Part shown: piece by piece, positions 33,444 to 41,805 of the stretch
Position numbering within the stretch: position 1 is the first letter of the stretch
Layout of the letters: each line of letters opens with the position of its first letter
Assembly: GCA_964628765.1 (NCBI GenBank)
Contig: CAZVMT010000002.1
Span: 1 to 42,327, forward strand
Reading direction: 5' to 3'
DNA length: 42,327 nt
DNA from: an uncultured Candidatus Bathyarchaeia archaeon
GTDB taxonomy: Archaea > Thermoproteota > Bathyarchaeia > TCS64
Notes under the pieces: model-generated
What the model saw: only the letters and a program-made list of their open reading frames with translations
Databases searched by the model: none
Told to the model about the DNA's origin: nothing
Made by a program: the position numbers and the translations under genes

Positions 33444-33586
33444 GGTGTGTCCTCCTCTTCCCAAAACCCACACATTTCTTTACCTTTTTCTATTGCGGTT
33501 ACTCCATCTTTAATTTTTTCATTTAAACAAGTTATTCTCCACTTATTATCACAATAATATTTACAATCAACACAATCTTTATCCAT
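33428..33586 (-). CDS. small Cys-rich protein (52 aa), not in the ORF track
   Basis: MDKDCVDCKYYCDNKWRITCLNEKIKDG... TAATG overlap with the upstream stop and GGAGGGATA upstream. Confidence 0.45.
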   Translation of the reverse strand: MDKDCVDCKYYCDNKWRITCLNEKIKDGVTAIEKGKEMCGFWEEEDTPCPGR

Positions 33587-33804
33587 TATCCCTCCATCTC
33601 CTCCGTCCCTACACTGTCACGGTATAGCGGGTTGTCCTCTTTATATATCGGTATCGGTGCGTTCTGGTCGCCTACATAGCCCATCTTAATCTTTTTCATA
33701 TCTGATAAAAAATAGCAACCATCGTAAGTATGATAAGCATTTTTCGTTATTTTTATCCCAAAATTACTTTTAAGAAATCTAATAAAATCCTGAACTTTTA
33801 CCAT
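33586..33804 (-). CDS. hypothetical protein
   Basis: 72-aa ORF with AAAGGGGGGAAAG upstream. Confidence 0.5.
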   Translation of the reverse strand: MVKVQDFIRFLKSNFGIKITKNAYHTYDGCYFLSDMKKIKMGYVGDQNAPIPIYKEDNPLYRDSVGTEEMEG

Positions 33805-33822
33805 CTTTCCCCCCTTTATACT

Positions 33823-33996
33823 TTATGGTATATAAAAATAACGGATTGAATAATATATTGATTTTATTTTATTTATTAATGTTCTGTTTTTAAATGGAAT
33901 CCACTTTGGTTCTGGATATCTAAAAGCATTATTGGTTCTTATTTGCTCTACTATAGACCACCAATGTCTATCTGCTTCTTCCCATGTTTCACTCAT
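33823..33996 (-). CDS. hypothetical protein (start moved to internal ATG)
   Basis: AAGGGGG lies 5 nt before ATG 33996 (MSETWEEADRHWW...). The longer form overlaps the TerL 3' end. Confidence 0.45.
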   Translation of the reverse strand: MSETWEEADRHWWSIVEQIRTNNAFRYPEPKWIPFKNRTLINKIKSIYYSIRYFYIP

Positions 33997-34006
33997 ACAT
34001 TCCCCC

Positions 34007-35386
34007 TTATAATCCTGAATATTTATTGCTATGCTTCTTAACATAGTCGTAATCGTTATCTACGTATCTCCCCAGTATCTCGCTTGCTACTGCCCTTTTC
34101 AGCGTATACAAGCCCATAATATAGGTGTCTGCCCTATCAGGACTTCTGCCTAACCGCTTCTTGATGTATTCCTTTTCCTCTATCTTTATCTTGCCGTTCT
34201 TGATTTCGTAGGTCGGTGCAGTTAGTTGCCGCTTTATTTCCTTATCATCATAAGTTAGCTGTATATCTTGCCTGGCAAACATTTCCCCTGCTTCCCACCA
34301 CATCTGCGCCCTCAAGTTATAATATTTATTCTTGTTCTCACTGGCATTACTTGAGTTAATCGGTAAAACATTATTTCCCATCTCGATTAGTCTGTCTGTC
34401 ACACCTGCTCCTACGCCTATTTCATCTATACCAATTAAGTCAGGCCGTTTTTCTTGTGCCCAAATATGGATCTTACCGGCTGTATACATGGTATCTTTCT
34501 GGCCGAAGATTATAGCGTCCTTAATATCTGTGCCTTCCATGTAGTAAATAACAGTTTCATCATCGCCAAAGCGAGATATATCGCAGGCTATTATTTTCTT
34601 CCTGCGGTTATCAATAGCCGGTATAATGGTTAGTTCTGCCTGTCTAATCCAAATATCCTTAATAACAATGTCAGATCCTTCAAGTGAGTCCCAGCTTCCC
34701 TCAAGATTGGCCAGTAATAGCTCCGGTCTGTACTTAAAGGCTTCTTGTAGGCTATCTATGTAAGTAATCGGTAAGTAAGGGTTTTCTTTGGGTAGTGCCG
34801 GAATAAATATTTTATGCTTATCATTACCTAAAACAAACTCATCTTTAAGAAAGCAGTTTTTTGGATTAGCTGTAAATAAGGTTTTATAGGGCAAGGCTAT
34901 ACCGTTAATCTGTAATCTAAACCTTGACATTAATACGGCTATATTATCCTTTTTACACTCTTCTGCTTGGTCAATAAAGACTACTGCAAATTCAGCCGAT
35001 GAAAACTTTGATACTGCTTCGGTGTTATCCAGTCCACCAAAAGCATATTTAACCTTATCCTCAATAACAATTTCTTTATCCTGTGACCTAATATAATAAT
35101 GGTCGGGTGTGATACGTTTCCAGGTTTCAAGGGTAGTATCGTTAAAGTCTACTGCCCGGTTACGCCCCATGAAGCCAAGATTAATAGGGTATTTAGAAGG
35201 TTTTAGGTTAAATTTTTCTATTACCCAGTTGGCAAATCTATCAAGTAAGAGGCATCCGATATAGGATTTACCTCCACCCATAGCTCCTCCAAAGAGGATA
35301 GCAAATATTTCGGGGTTCCAGAAAGCGTCCCAGCATTTGGTTTGTTTAAGGGTCAGTTTGACCCGGATTATCTTTTGCTCTGTCAT
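34007..35386 (-). CDS. terL: terminase large subunit
   Basis: Walker A GGAMGGGKS, Walker B VVFIDQAEE, TANP coupling motif, and nuclease-domain IACDISRFGDDETV. AGGGGGAAG precedes ATG 35386; the track start is 35398. Confidence 0.9.
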   Translation of the reverse strand: MTEQKIIRVKLTLKQTKCWDAFWNPEIFAILFGGAMGGGKSYIGCLLLDRFANWVIEKFNLKPSKYPINLGFMGRNRAVDFNDTTLETWKRITPDHYYIRSQDKEIVIEDKVKYAFGGLDNTEAVSKFSSAEFAVVFIDQAEECKKDNIAVLMSRFRLQINGIALPYKTLFTANPKNCFLKDEFVLGNDKHKIFIPALPKENPYLPITYIDSLQEAFKYRPELLLANLEGSWDSLEGSDIVIKDIWIRQAELTIIPAIDNRRKKIIACDISRFGDDETVIYYMEGTDIKDAIIFGQKDTMYTAGKIHIWAQEKRPDLIGIDEIGVGAGVTDRLIEMGNNVLPINSSNASENKNKYYNLRAQMWWEAGEMFARQDIQLTYDDKEIKRQLTAPTYEIKNGKIKIEEKEYIKKRLGRSPDRADTYIMGLYTLKRAVASEILGRYVDNDYDYVKKHSNKYSGL

Positions 35387-35708
35387 CTTCCCCCTCATAA
35401 CTCTTTTCTATAATATATTTAATCGGTGTCCCGTCTGCTCCGGTAAGCTCATTCTTAGTAGTGGTCGGCACATACTTGTTTATAAAGTCTTTTAGTAAGG
35501 TGTTATCATTCATTAGCTCTTCTATATAATGCTTTAATATGGTTGTGTCATGGGTCTTATCGTATGCTAAAGCTGTATTAGTCAGGTCTTTAATGGTATA
35601 GCCTTTTTTTTTCATACGGCCTATTTTGTTACCTTTGGCAAATCTACATTGACCTTTTTCGTTTGTTGTAAATTCTCCGATTTTTTCCGATTTGCGGACA
35701 TCTTCCAT
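35346..35708 (-). CDS. putative terminase small subunit
   Basis: 120-aa ORF immediately upstream of TerL and overlapping it, with a basic N-terminus. Called by position only. Confidence 0.45.
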   Translation of the reverse strand: MEDVRKSEKIGEFTTNEKGQCRFAKGNKIGRMKKKGYTIKDLTNTALAYDKTHDTTILKHYIEELMNDNTLLKDFINKYVPTTTKNELTGADGTPIKYIIEKSYEGEDDRAKDNPGQTDP

Positions 35709-35900
35709 TTACCAATCACTCTCCTCTATTTCACTTATTGTTACCTTAAATGGCTTCGTCCCGTCCATTGCCATTAAATTAACTACCGCTGCTAATTCGG
35801 ACTGTGGTATATCTATCTTAATTCGTGTGTTCCTGGTCTGCCCGCCAATCCCAATGGCTTGGATATCAGGCAAAGACGCTATAAATACTATCTTTTCCAT
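35709..35900 (-). CDS. hypothetical protein
   Basis: 63-aa ORF. Confidence 0.45.
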   Translation of the reverse strand: MEKIVFIASLPDIQAIGIGGQTRNTRIKIDIPQSELAAVVNLMAMDGTKPFKVTISEIEESDW

Positions 35901-36180
35901 TCATCATTTCCTTTAGTTTATTTAATGCTCTGTCTTTCGTGTCATGGACTGTTGCTCTGGGTAGGTCTATCATCTCTTCTATCTCTCGTATCGAATAGCC
36001 TTGATTACTAAATACAACTATTTCTCTTTCGGTAGGAGTTAATTTTTGCAGGCTTGCTTGCAGGTCAAGATTGAAGATAACTTTATCCTCGTCAAAGGAA
36101 TTGTTATCTTCCCAAAATGGTATGGCGTTTTCTGGCGGGTTTAGACCGTAGTTTTCTATCACAATTTTATTTCTTGCCAT
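35866..36180 (-). CDS. sigma-70 region-4 / LuxR-GerE-type HTH regulator (stand-alone)
   Basis: LTPTEREIVVFSNQGYSIREIEEMIDLPRATVHDTKDRALNKLK matches the region 4.2 / GerE HTH pattern. It is the first gene after a strong promoter at the head of the packaging operon. Confidence 0.65.
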   Translation of the reverse strand: MARNKIVIENYGLNPPENAIPFWEDNNSFDEDKVIFNLDLQASLQKLTPTEREIVVFSNQGYSIREIEEMIDLPRATVHDTKDRALNKLKEMMNGKDSIYSVFA

Positions 36181-36192
36181 CTATATCCCTCT

Positions 36193-36220
36193 ATTCTAAT
36201 TATAGCGAAAAACTTGTCAA
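36193..36220 (-). promoter_or_regulatory. sigma70-type promoter
   Basis: On the minus strand: TTGACA (36220-36215), 16 nt, TAGAAT (36198-36193), in the 64-bp gap between rusA and the sigma-like gene. Confidence 0.55.
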
Positions 36221-36244
36221 GTGTCCGACAGAGATATAAAATAA

Positions 36245-36625
36245 TTACCTTCCCTCTATAATTATCTCAGTTCTCGGGTTCACCTTGTCTACCCCTGCAA
36301 TATGTGAACCGTCAAAGGATACAATCTTTTTATCATTCGATATTACTTTTGCCTTCTGTAATATGTCACAGGTCGCTTGCAGTAAATTATTTAAGTCTGG
36401 CCTTGCTTTAGTTGGCATGTAATATAAGGCTTGCAAGTTAATTTGGTTTGTAATGGTTTCGCCTCGGTATTCTGTTTTAAGCTGCCATAAACAATCGTTC
36501 TCATAAGTAAGATATTGTTTGCTTTGGATAATAAATCTCTTGCCTGTTTTAGTTAACGCTATCCTTTGGCTATTCTTTTTTGTTATCGGTCTACCCGTTA
36601 GAATTATCTTAATTTTATTCTTCAA
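36245..36625 (-). CDS. rusA: RusA-family Holliday junction resolvase
   Basis: RPDLNNLLQATCDILQKAKVISNDKKIVSFDG matches the RusA catalytic-Asp region (pDlDNl.K...D.L......DD..i). Confidence 0.75.
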   Translation of the reverse strand: MKNKIKIILTGRPITKKNSQRIALTKTGKRFIIQSKQYLTYENDCLWQLKTEYRGETITNQINLQALYYMPTKARPDLNNLLQATCDILQKAKVISNDKKIVSFDGSHIAGVDKVNPRTEIIIEGR

Positions 36626-36635
36626 TTTATCTCCT

Positions 36636-36938
36636 TTATATTTTTAATGCTGGTTGAACTCGTCTTGCTTCGCCTCCTTCTCTTTTTATTCTATGCATGT
36701 ATCCAATTAATTTATCTGACCAACTATATGTATAGTTCCCTTCGTCATCATAAACTACTCCATGTTCCAATCTATCCCACATCTGCCGATACACCTTTAG
36801 CTCTATGTTCTCCGCTTTTAACGCCTCACCTTGTTGGAGCAAATGTATTAAATTCCAAGCTTCTTCTGGTGTTGGAATCCAGTCTTTTTTTGATATTGTG
36901 TATCCCTTTAAAAACTCAATTGCTTCTTTAGTTTCCAT
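36636..36938 (-). CDS. hypothetical protein
   Basis: 100-aa ORF. Confidence 0.5.
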   Translation of the reverse strand: METKEAIEFLKGYTISKKDWIPTPEEAWNLIHLLQQGEALKAENIELKVYRQMWDRLEHGVVYDDEGNYTYSWSDKLIGYMHRIKREGGEARRVQPALKI

Positions 36939-37143
36939 CGCTTTTCACCTCCTCTAATTCCCTCTTATACAATATAGCCTTGTCATCATCTACGCAGTTG
37001 TTTAGTAGTGTTTGGTATCTTTCTTTTTTCCGTTCTCTTATTTTTCTTACTTCTTCTTTGAACCAAGGTTTCTTCGCTAAAATATTTACCACTTCCGCAA
37101 GTTCCGAAAATTCTTTATCGCTCATTATGTTATCGCCTCCCAC
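36928..37143 (-). CDS. hypothetical protein
   Basis: 71-aa ORF. Confidence 0.45.
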   Translation of the reverse strand: MGGDNIMSDKEFSELAEVVNILAKKPWFKEEVRKIRERKKERYQTLLNNCVDDDKAILYKRELEEVKSDGN

Positions 37144-37541
37144 TTCTCGCCAGTCCAGATTTTGTGATAAAACTCTTCCATTATATAAATTAATAAACAG
37201 CTTTTTGTATCATTAAAATCTAATTTAAAATCTTTATATTTGTCAATGTCTGAATTAAGCATCCATTCAATAAAATCTGCTATAATTTCATATTCCTTAG
37301 ATTTATGATAAGCCTCCTTATCTCTTACCTTGTGTGCCATTTCAAATAGCTGTTCGAGTGTGGGTAGCCAGACTCTATGAGTTGCTTCACTATATTTTTT
37401 TTGCAATGACGTTATTATTGATATATTTGCACATAGCGTTTTATTGTTACACCAAAACTGCCAATCCCCTACTTTTGGCTTCCACACCTTTTGTATCTCC
37501 TCTGCCTGCTTACACATCTTAAGAAAATTATCAGTTATCAT
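37125..37541 (-). CDS. hypothetical protein
   Basis: 138-aa ORF with AAAGGAGGAAAAATAAG upstream. Confidence 0.55.
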   Translation of the reverse strand: MITDNFLKMCKQAEEIQKVWKPKVGDWQFWCNNKTLCANISIITSLQKKYSEATHRVWLPTLEQLFEMAHKVRDKEAYHKSKEYEIIADFIEWMLNSDIDKYKDFKLDFNDTKSCLLIYIMEEFYHKIWTGEKWEAIT

Positions 37542-37559
37542 CTTATTTTTCCTCCTTTT

Positions 37560-37937
37560 TTAGCCGATTATCGGTCTACTCAATAAATTATCTACTAGCT
37601 TTTGATCCTCCGTAGAATGTTCAAATTTAATATACTTAATTCCTTTTTCTTTATCATTATTTTTCTTGGTATTAATTGCCCTTTGTGCTAAAAATGCTTT
37701 GCTAAACTGCCGCTTGTAGTGCTCCCATGTTACCAGTCTTTCCTCTTTTCTACGCCTCGCCCCTTTATATTTTTGAATAGAAACACCCCACTTGACTAGC
37801 CGTAGATATATAATAGACCTCGACACGCCGTATAATTCGGCTAGTGCGTTTATCGGCATATCTTGCTCATATTTTTCGATGATGTTTTCCCTGTTCTCGT
37901 CGATATAGGCAGCTATTAGGAATTTGTTTTTAGTCAT
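37560..37937 (-). CDS. helix-turn-helix DNA-binding protein
   Basis: INALAELYGVSRSIIYLRLVKWGV is HTH-like. GAGGAG precedes ATG 37937. Confidence 0.55.
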   Translation of the reverse strand: MTKNKFLIAAYIDENRENIIEKYEQDMPINALAELYGVSRSIIYLRLVKWGVSIQKYKGARRRKEERLVTWEHYKRQFSKAFLAQRAINTKKNNDKEKGIKYIKFEHSTEDQKLVDNLLSRPIIG

Positions 37938-37950
37938 TTTTACTCCTCGT

Positions 37951-38514
37951 TTAAACATAACTCATTGCAATTTTATTGATTTTATCCATATTTTTACCAC
38001 TCTCTAAACAATGTGGTATACTTCGGTGTAATTCTTTTAATATGTAGATAACATCATCTTTATTAATATGATGAGCTTCCGACCCTCCAAAATATTTATT
38101 CAGAGGGTTAAAGCCTAAATTACGTCTTCTTTTATTGGCCGCCTTTATCCCTATAGCTTTCGCTTTTTTTGGATTATTTATTCGCCATCTTCTTTGCCCC
38201 TCTAATACTTTTTCCCGATTATTTTCCCGATATTGTTTCTGATATTCTAACGATTTTTCAGTTTTTTGATATTTTCTCATATATCCTAAACATTTTTTAT
38301 AATTATTTTTTTGCCAAATACTTATATGCCTTTCGGTTTCCTCCTTATGTTCTATCTTGTATTGTTTGGTTTTTTGTAATATATTCTCTCTGTTTTTTAT
38401 ATAATATTTTTGCTTGCGTTGTTTTATTTTATCTGCATACTTTTCTCTATATTGTTCATCATATTCTTTTATTTTTTCTCTATTTTTAATATAATAATCT
38501 TTAAAACTAAACAA
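37951..38514 (-). CDS. HNH-like endonuclease (divergent), TTG start
   Basis: The N-terminal Y..N.EK repeat region resembles that of 4006..4512. The C-terminus has GGSEAHHINKDDVIYILKELHRSIPH, as in phage HNH proteins. Confidence 0.5.
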   Translation of the reverse strand: MFSFKDYYIKNREKIKEYDEQYREKYADKIKQRKQKYYIKNRENILQKTKQYKIEHKEETERHISIWQKNNYKKCLGYMRKYQKTEKSLEYQKQYRENNREKVLEGQRRWRINNPKKAKAIGIKAANKRRRNLGFNPLNKYFGGSEAHHINKDDVIYILKELHRSIPHCLESGKNMDKINKIAMSYV

Positions 38515-38516
38515 TA

Positions 38517-38951
38517 TTAATCTCCCTCTTTATTTTCGAATATAACGATTTTGCCTTTTAGGATGTGGATATCCCACTTTCTAATTAATTTTTTAAGTGA
38601 ATCAGAAGCAAGAAAGAAATTAGAACAAGTGTCTTGAAAAATTCTTGATAGTTGGTATTCATCCTTGCCGTTATTTTTGTCTTTATTTAGCAGGGCATAG
38701 CGTTTTTTCCCAGTATGACTTCTATAACTACATGGCACAGGAAATTTTATCTTGTCGAGGTTCTCGCCATTGACCCAAGTTCCTTTGGTGTACTTTTTAA
38801 TTTCATGGCTATTTACATCTACAAGTTTCCCACAGTTATGGCATCTATAACCTATCATTCCTGGTTTATAATATATCTGTAAGTGTTCACATTCCTTCTT
38901 CACCTTCACTACCTTCATTTCAAAATACGGTATCTTATTCACTTTTTTCAC
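38517..38951 (-). CDS. hypothetical protein with a CxxC motif
   Basis: 144-aa ORF containing YRCHNCGKLV. Confidence 0.5.
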   Translation of the reverse strand: MKKVNKIPYFEMKVVKVKKECEHLQIYYKPGMIGYRCHNCGKLVDVNSHEIKKYTKGTWVNGENLDKIKFPVPCSYRSHTGKKRYALLNKDKNNGKDEYQLSRIFQDTCSNFFLASDSLKKLIRKWDIHILKGKIVIFENKEGD

Positions 38952-39208
38952 CTCCTTTTCTCCTCCTCTACCTCGACATCCATTTTTCTTGGTTTAAAAG
39001 CATGTTGGTCGAGTGGTATAACGTAATCTTTATTTCCATCTAAATATTCTAAAACTACCGCTCCATAAACGCCACTCAGTGGTCCATTAAATACTACTGT
39101 TTGAACATATCTAAATTTATTGTCAGGACATCTTGCCAATCTACAATATTTCCCTTGCCACCATCTTTTATACCTTTCTTGTACTGTCCCCCCGCTTGAG
39201 ATAAACAT
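38948..39208 (-). CDS. hypothetical protein
   Basis: 86-aa ORF with GGGAGG 6 nt before the ATG. It overlaps the 3' end of the upstream gene by 115 nt, out of frame. Confidence 0.5.
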   Translation of the reverse strand: MFISSGGTVQERYKRWWQGKYCRLARCPDNKFRYVQTVVFNGPLSGVYGAVVLEYLDGNKDYVIPLDQHAFKPRKMDVEVEEEKRR

Positions 39209-40041
39209 TCTTTTCCTCCCTTCGCCGTCTCCGGCATTTTAAATCCGCCTTTTAGTTTGTCCATGATTGCCTTATTCTTCGCTAAATTTTCTTTTATCTG
39301 CTCAGGTGTAAACTTCGGCTCCGGCTTAAATATGTGCTTTGGCTGAACTTCGCTGTCCTGTGGCTTCCTAACCTTACCTTCCTTCTCATCTTTCCGGTGC
39401 CAGGCAAGTATAGTCGCATAGTGGCTTTTATAATATTTTTCTTTCCCTTTAGACAGGATATGAAGCGATAAATCCTTCATATATTCTTTGGTTAATGGAT
39501 CACCTAACTCAATAACTAATTTCTGGTATTCTTCTTCGGTTAAAAAAACTGCGGGTTCTCTCTCCCTCTTCTTATTATCATTCTTATCATTATTACCATT
39601 ATTGTTTGTTGCCCTACCCTTGCCCTTGGCTTGCCCTACCCTTGCCCTATCGTTGCCCTTTTGTTTGCCCTTATAGTTGATAATACCCTGATAAAGGTTA
39701 TATTTTAATATGGTTATATGAGAATAACCGCTTGCCGTTTTGATTGCCAGAAAATCCATTTTACTTAAAGTTGACAAAATTAGTCGGATTTTCTTAGTTG
39801 TTATCAGCTTATCATTAATTTTCTTTCTGATGCCCTCAATGGAAGTGATAAAACTACCCCTTTTAATGGTAATAAATTTTTTATGGTAATTATCCCACCA
39901 TTCATTATCTTTATGATTTGCCATCAATATTAGATATATAGTTATTAATTTTTGTATAGCATTTAAGGAAGAAAATGTCTTACTGCTGAATATTTTTCTT
40001 GATAGTAAAACAAACCCATCTTCTATATATTCTTCTGCCAT
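39094..40041 (-). CDS. replisome organiser / replication initiator (N-terminal winged helix plus DnaD-like C-terminal domain)
   Basis: FVLLSRKIFSS...IKRGSFITSIEGIRKKI...ITTKKIRLILSTLSKMDFL is of the phage replisome-organiser N-terminal type. ...YKSHYATILAWHRKD is DnaD-like. The central linker carries DNA iterons. Confidence 0.65.
   Translation of the reverse strand: MAEEYIEDGFVLLSRKIFSSKTFSSLNAIQKLITIYLILMANHKDNEWWDNYHKKFITIKRGSFITSIEGIRKKINDKLITTKKIRLILSTLSKMDFLAIKTASGYSHITILKYNLYQGIINYKGKQKGNDRARVGQAKGKGRATNNNGNNDKNDNKKREREPAVFLTEEEYQKLVIELGDPLTKEYMKDLSLHILSKGKEKYYKSHYATILAWHRKDEKEGKVRKPQDSEVQPKHIFKPEPKFTPEQIKENLAKNKAIMDKLKGGFKMPETAKGGKECLSQAGGQYKKGIKDGGKGNIVDWQDVLTINLDMFKQ
39609..39671. 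repeat. six TTGCCCT iterons phased at 11 bp; putative origin of replication together with the adjacent AT-rich tract
   Basis: Copies start at 39609, 39620, 39631, 39642, 39653 and 39665. An AT-rich stretch with a TTATCATT duplication at 39569-39608 adjoins them. Confidence 0.6.
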
Positions 40042-40052
40042 TTATACCTCCA

Positions 40053-40724
40053 CTAAAATAATAATTCTGGTATAGCCTTGATTCTATTTCTGGCTATCTC
40101 ACAATATTCTGGGCTTATCTCTATCCCGATATACTTACGCCCTAATTCTTTACAAGCTACTGCAGTAGTCCCTGAACCGAGAAAGGGGTCAAGAATTATA
40201 TCATTCTTATTAGAATAATTTTCCAATATCCATTTTATTAACTCTATTGGTTTTTGAGTGGGATGGACTCTCTTTTCTCTTTTCCCTTCTTGTAGACAAC
40301 CCATATATAAATATCTAAATATTTTTAAAGGTCTGTTAAATGAAGTCCATGCCATTTCCCCATCAGAAAAATTATCGTTCCAGTCATTCTTTTTCTTTTT
40401 ATCCCAAACTATCCAACCTTTTGAAATTGGTAAATTAAAATAATTACCACCGAATATAATTTGATTTTTTGATACTCTAAATATTTCTGAAAAGTCTATT
40501 TTTATATCATCGTTTATTATCGGTTTATATTTATTTACATTAACAAGTTTACTCCCACCTATACTTCCAAAAGATTTACTCCCACCTATACTTCCAAAAG
40601 ATTTACTCCCACCTATAATATTTATTCCATAAGGCGGGTCAGTTACTATTAAATCCACACTCTTGTCAGGTATCCCCTTCATTACTTCGAGACAATCACC
40701 GCATATTATTTGGTTATATTCCAT
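40053..40724 (-). CDS. beta-class DNA methyltransferase (N6_N4 MTase family, probably N6-adenine)
   Basis: DLIVTDPPYG (motif IV) lies N-terminal to HPTQKP...ILDPFLGSGTT (motif I). Confidence 0.85.
   Translation of the reverse strand: MEYNQIICGDCLEVMKGIPDKSVDLIVTDPPYGINIIGGSKSFGSIGGSKSFGSIGGSKLVNVNKYKPIINDDIKIDFSEIFRVSKNQIIFGGNYFNLPISKGWIVWDKKKKNDWNDNFSDGEMAWTSFNRPLKIFRYLYMGCLQEGKREKRVHPTQKPIELIKWILENYSNKNDIILDPFLGSGTTAVACKELGRKYIGIEISPEYCEIARNRIKAIPELLF
40548..40617. repeat. 27-bp in-frame tandem repeat, about 2.6 copies, inside the methyltransferase gene
   Basis: tttactcccacctatacttccaaaaga occurs twice, followed by a 16-bp partial copy. It encodes GGSKSFGSI GGSKSFGSI GGSK just after the DPPY motif. 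Confidence 0.9.
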
Positions 40725-40731
40725 GATTCTC

Positions 40732-41115
40732 CTAACTTACCCTTACTAATCTCTTCCCGAAACTAAATACCTGCTGTATCACGTTCTTGTGAAAATACTT
40801 GTATACGCCAAACCCGACCGGCTTAAGTTTCGCTATCTGCTTTTTAGCCTTTGCCATTTCACGGTCTTTCCAGTCAAAATATTCACGCCGGTTAGCCGGG
40901 TAATGATATCCGCCGGGATCTTCAGTAGTGGATAATATCGGGTAGCCTTCAAAGCGAAGTTCTTCAATCGCTTTTCTAATAGTCCTTGCCGTGATATGAT
41001 CGCCTGTCCGCCTGATATACTCATCAGCTATAGCGTGTTGATTTATTGCAGTAGGTTTGCCTATGTGGGTCTTGATTATGTCAATGATAGTAGCTTCGTC
41101 AATTTGCTTATTCAT
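40732..41115 (-). CDS. winged-helix-like DNA-binding protein
   Basis: HITARTIRKAIEELRFEGYPILSTTEDPGGYHYP fits a wHTH recognition helix plus wing. Confidence 0.45.
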   Translation of the reverse strand: MNKQIDEATIIDIIKTHIGKPTAINQHAIADEYIRRTGDHITARTIRKAIEELRFEGYPILSTTEDPGGYHYPANRREYFDWKDREMAKAKKQIAKLKPVGFGVYKYFHKNVIQQVFSFGKRLVRVS

Positions 41116-41130
41116 TTAGATTCACCTCCT

Positions 41131-41247
41131 TTATTTATTTAATATTTTTTCTATTTTTGTTAATGTTCTCAGGTCAGGATATTCAACATCTTCATCAGGT
41201 TCTAACATTATCTTTCGTATCTCTTCAATTTTTTCTTTATCAGTCAT
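41131..41247 (-). CDS. possible 38-aa acidic protein
   Basis: MTDKEKIEEIRKIMLEPDEDVEYPDLRTLTKIEKILNK. The SD is only moderate. Confidence 0.3.
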   Translation of the reverse strand: MTDKEKIEEIRKIMLEPDEDVEYPDLRTLTKIEKILNK

Positions 41248-41271
41248 CTTACTTTTCACCCCTTTGATAAT

Positions 41272-41655
41272 TTATTCTGGAAATTGCCATCTCGAAGAAT
41301 GGCAGATACTTCTTATCCGCTGACGTATACTAATAGTAGTTTCCAATATACCTACAAATTGTCTATAAATTAAACTATTTTTACTATGATATTTCTTCTC
41401 AACCTCCATACTTTTAAGCCAAAATTTTACTTGATTCTTCAACTCATCCTTTAAATTTATTATTGCCATTCTATTCGCCAGCCATTTATTAATCCCACGT
41501 TTCAATAATATTTCTCTCGTTACTTCTTCTGGAACTCCATACTCAGTAAAATCTCGAACTAAATATTTAATTTTATTTTGCTTAAAATTGTTAATAGTTT
41601 TTTCGTTAATAATCAACACTTTCACCCCCTTTTTTATAGTATTTCTAATATTCAT
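41272..41655 (-). CDS. hypothetical protein (true start may be GTG 41619)
   Basis: 127-aa ORF. ATG 41655 has no SD, whereas AAGGGGG precedes the internal GTG/TTG. Confidence 0.5.
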   Translation of the reverse strand: MNIRNTIKKGVKVLIINEKTINNFKQNKIKYLVRDFTEYGVPEEVTREILLKRGINKWLANRMAIINLKDELKNQVKFWLKSMEVEKKYHSKNSLIYRQFVGILETTISIRQRIRSICHSSRWQFPE

Positions 41656-41665
41656 CGCTAAAAAA

Positions 41666-41803
41666 TTATAGTTCCCCTGCCATATCTACCAGATAGTCAC
41701 GCCCTCTAATCACGCAGGAATATACTATCTCAGGCGCCACTATCAACACGGCAAGACAGACTATAATTATTGCTTCGGTTAGGTTAGTGATTAGCTTGGT
41801 CAC
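41666..41803 (-). CDS. 45-aa membrane protein, not in the ORF track
   Basis: GTG start. MTKLITNLTEAIIIVCLAVLIVAPEIVYSCVIRG... AAGGAG lies 8 nt upstream. Confidence 0.45.
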   Translation of the reverse strand: MTKLITNLTEAIIIVCLAVLIVAPEIVYSCVIRGRDYLVDMAGEL

Positions 41804-41805
41804 GC

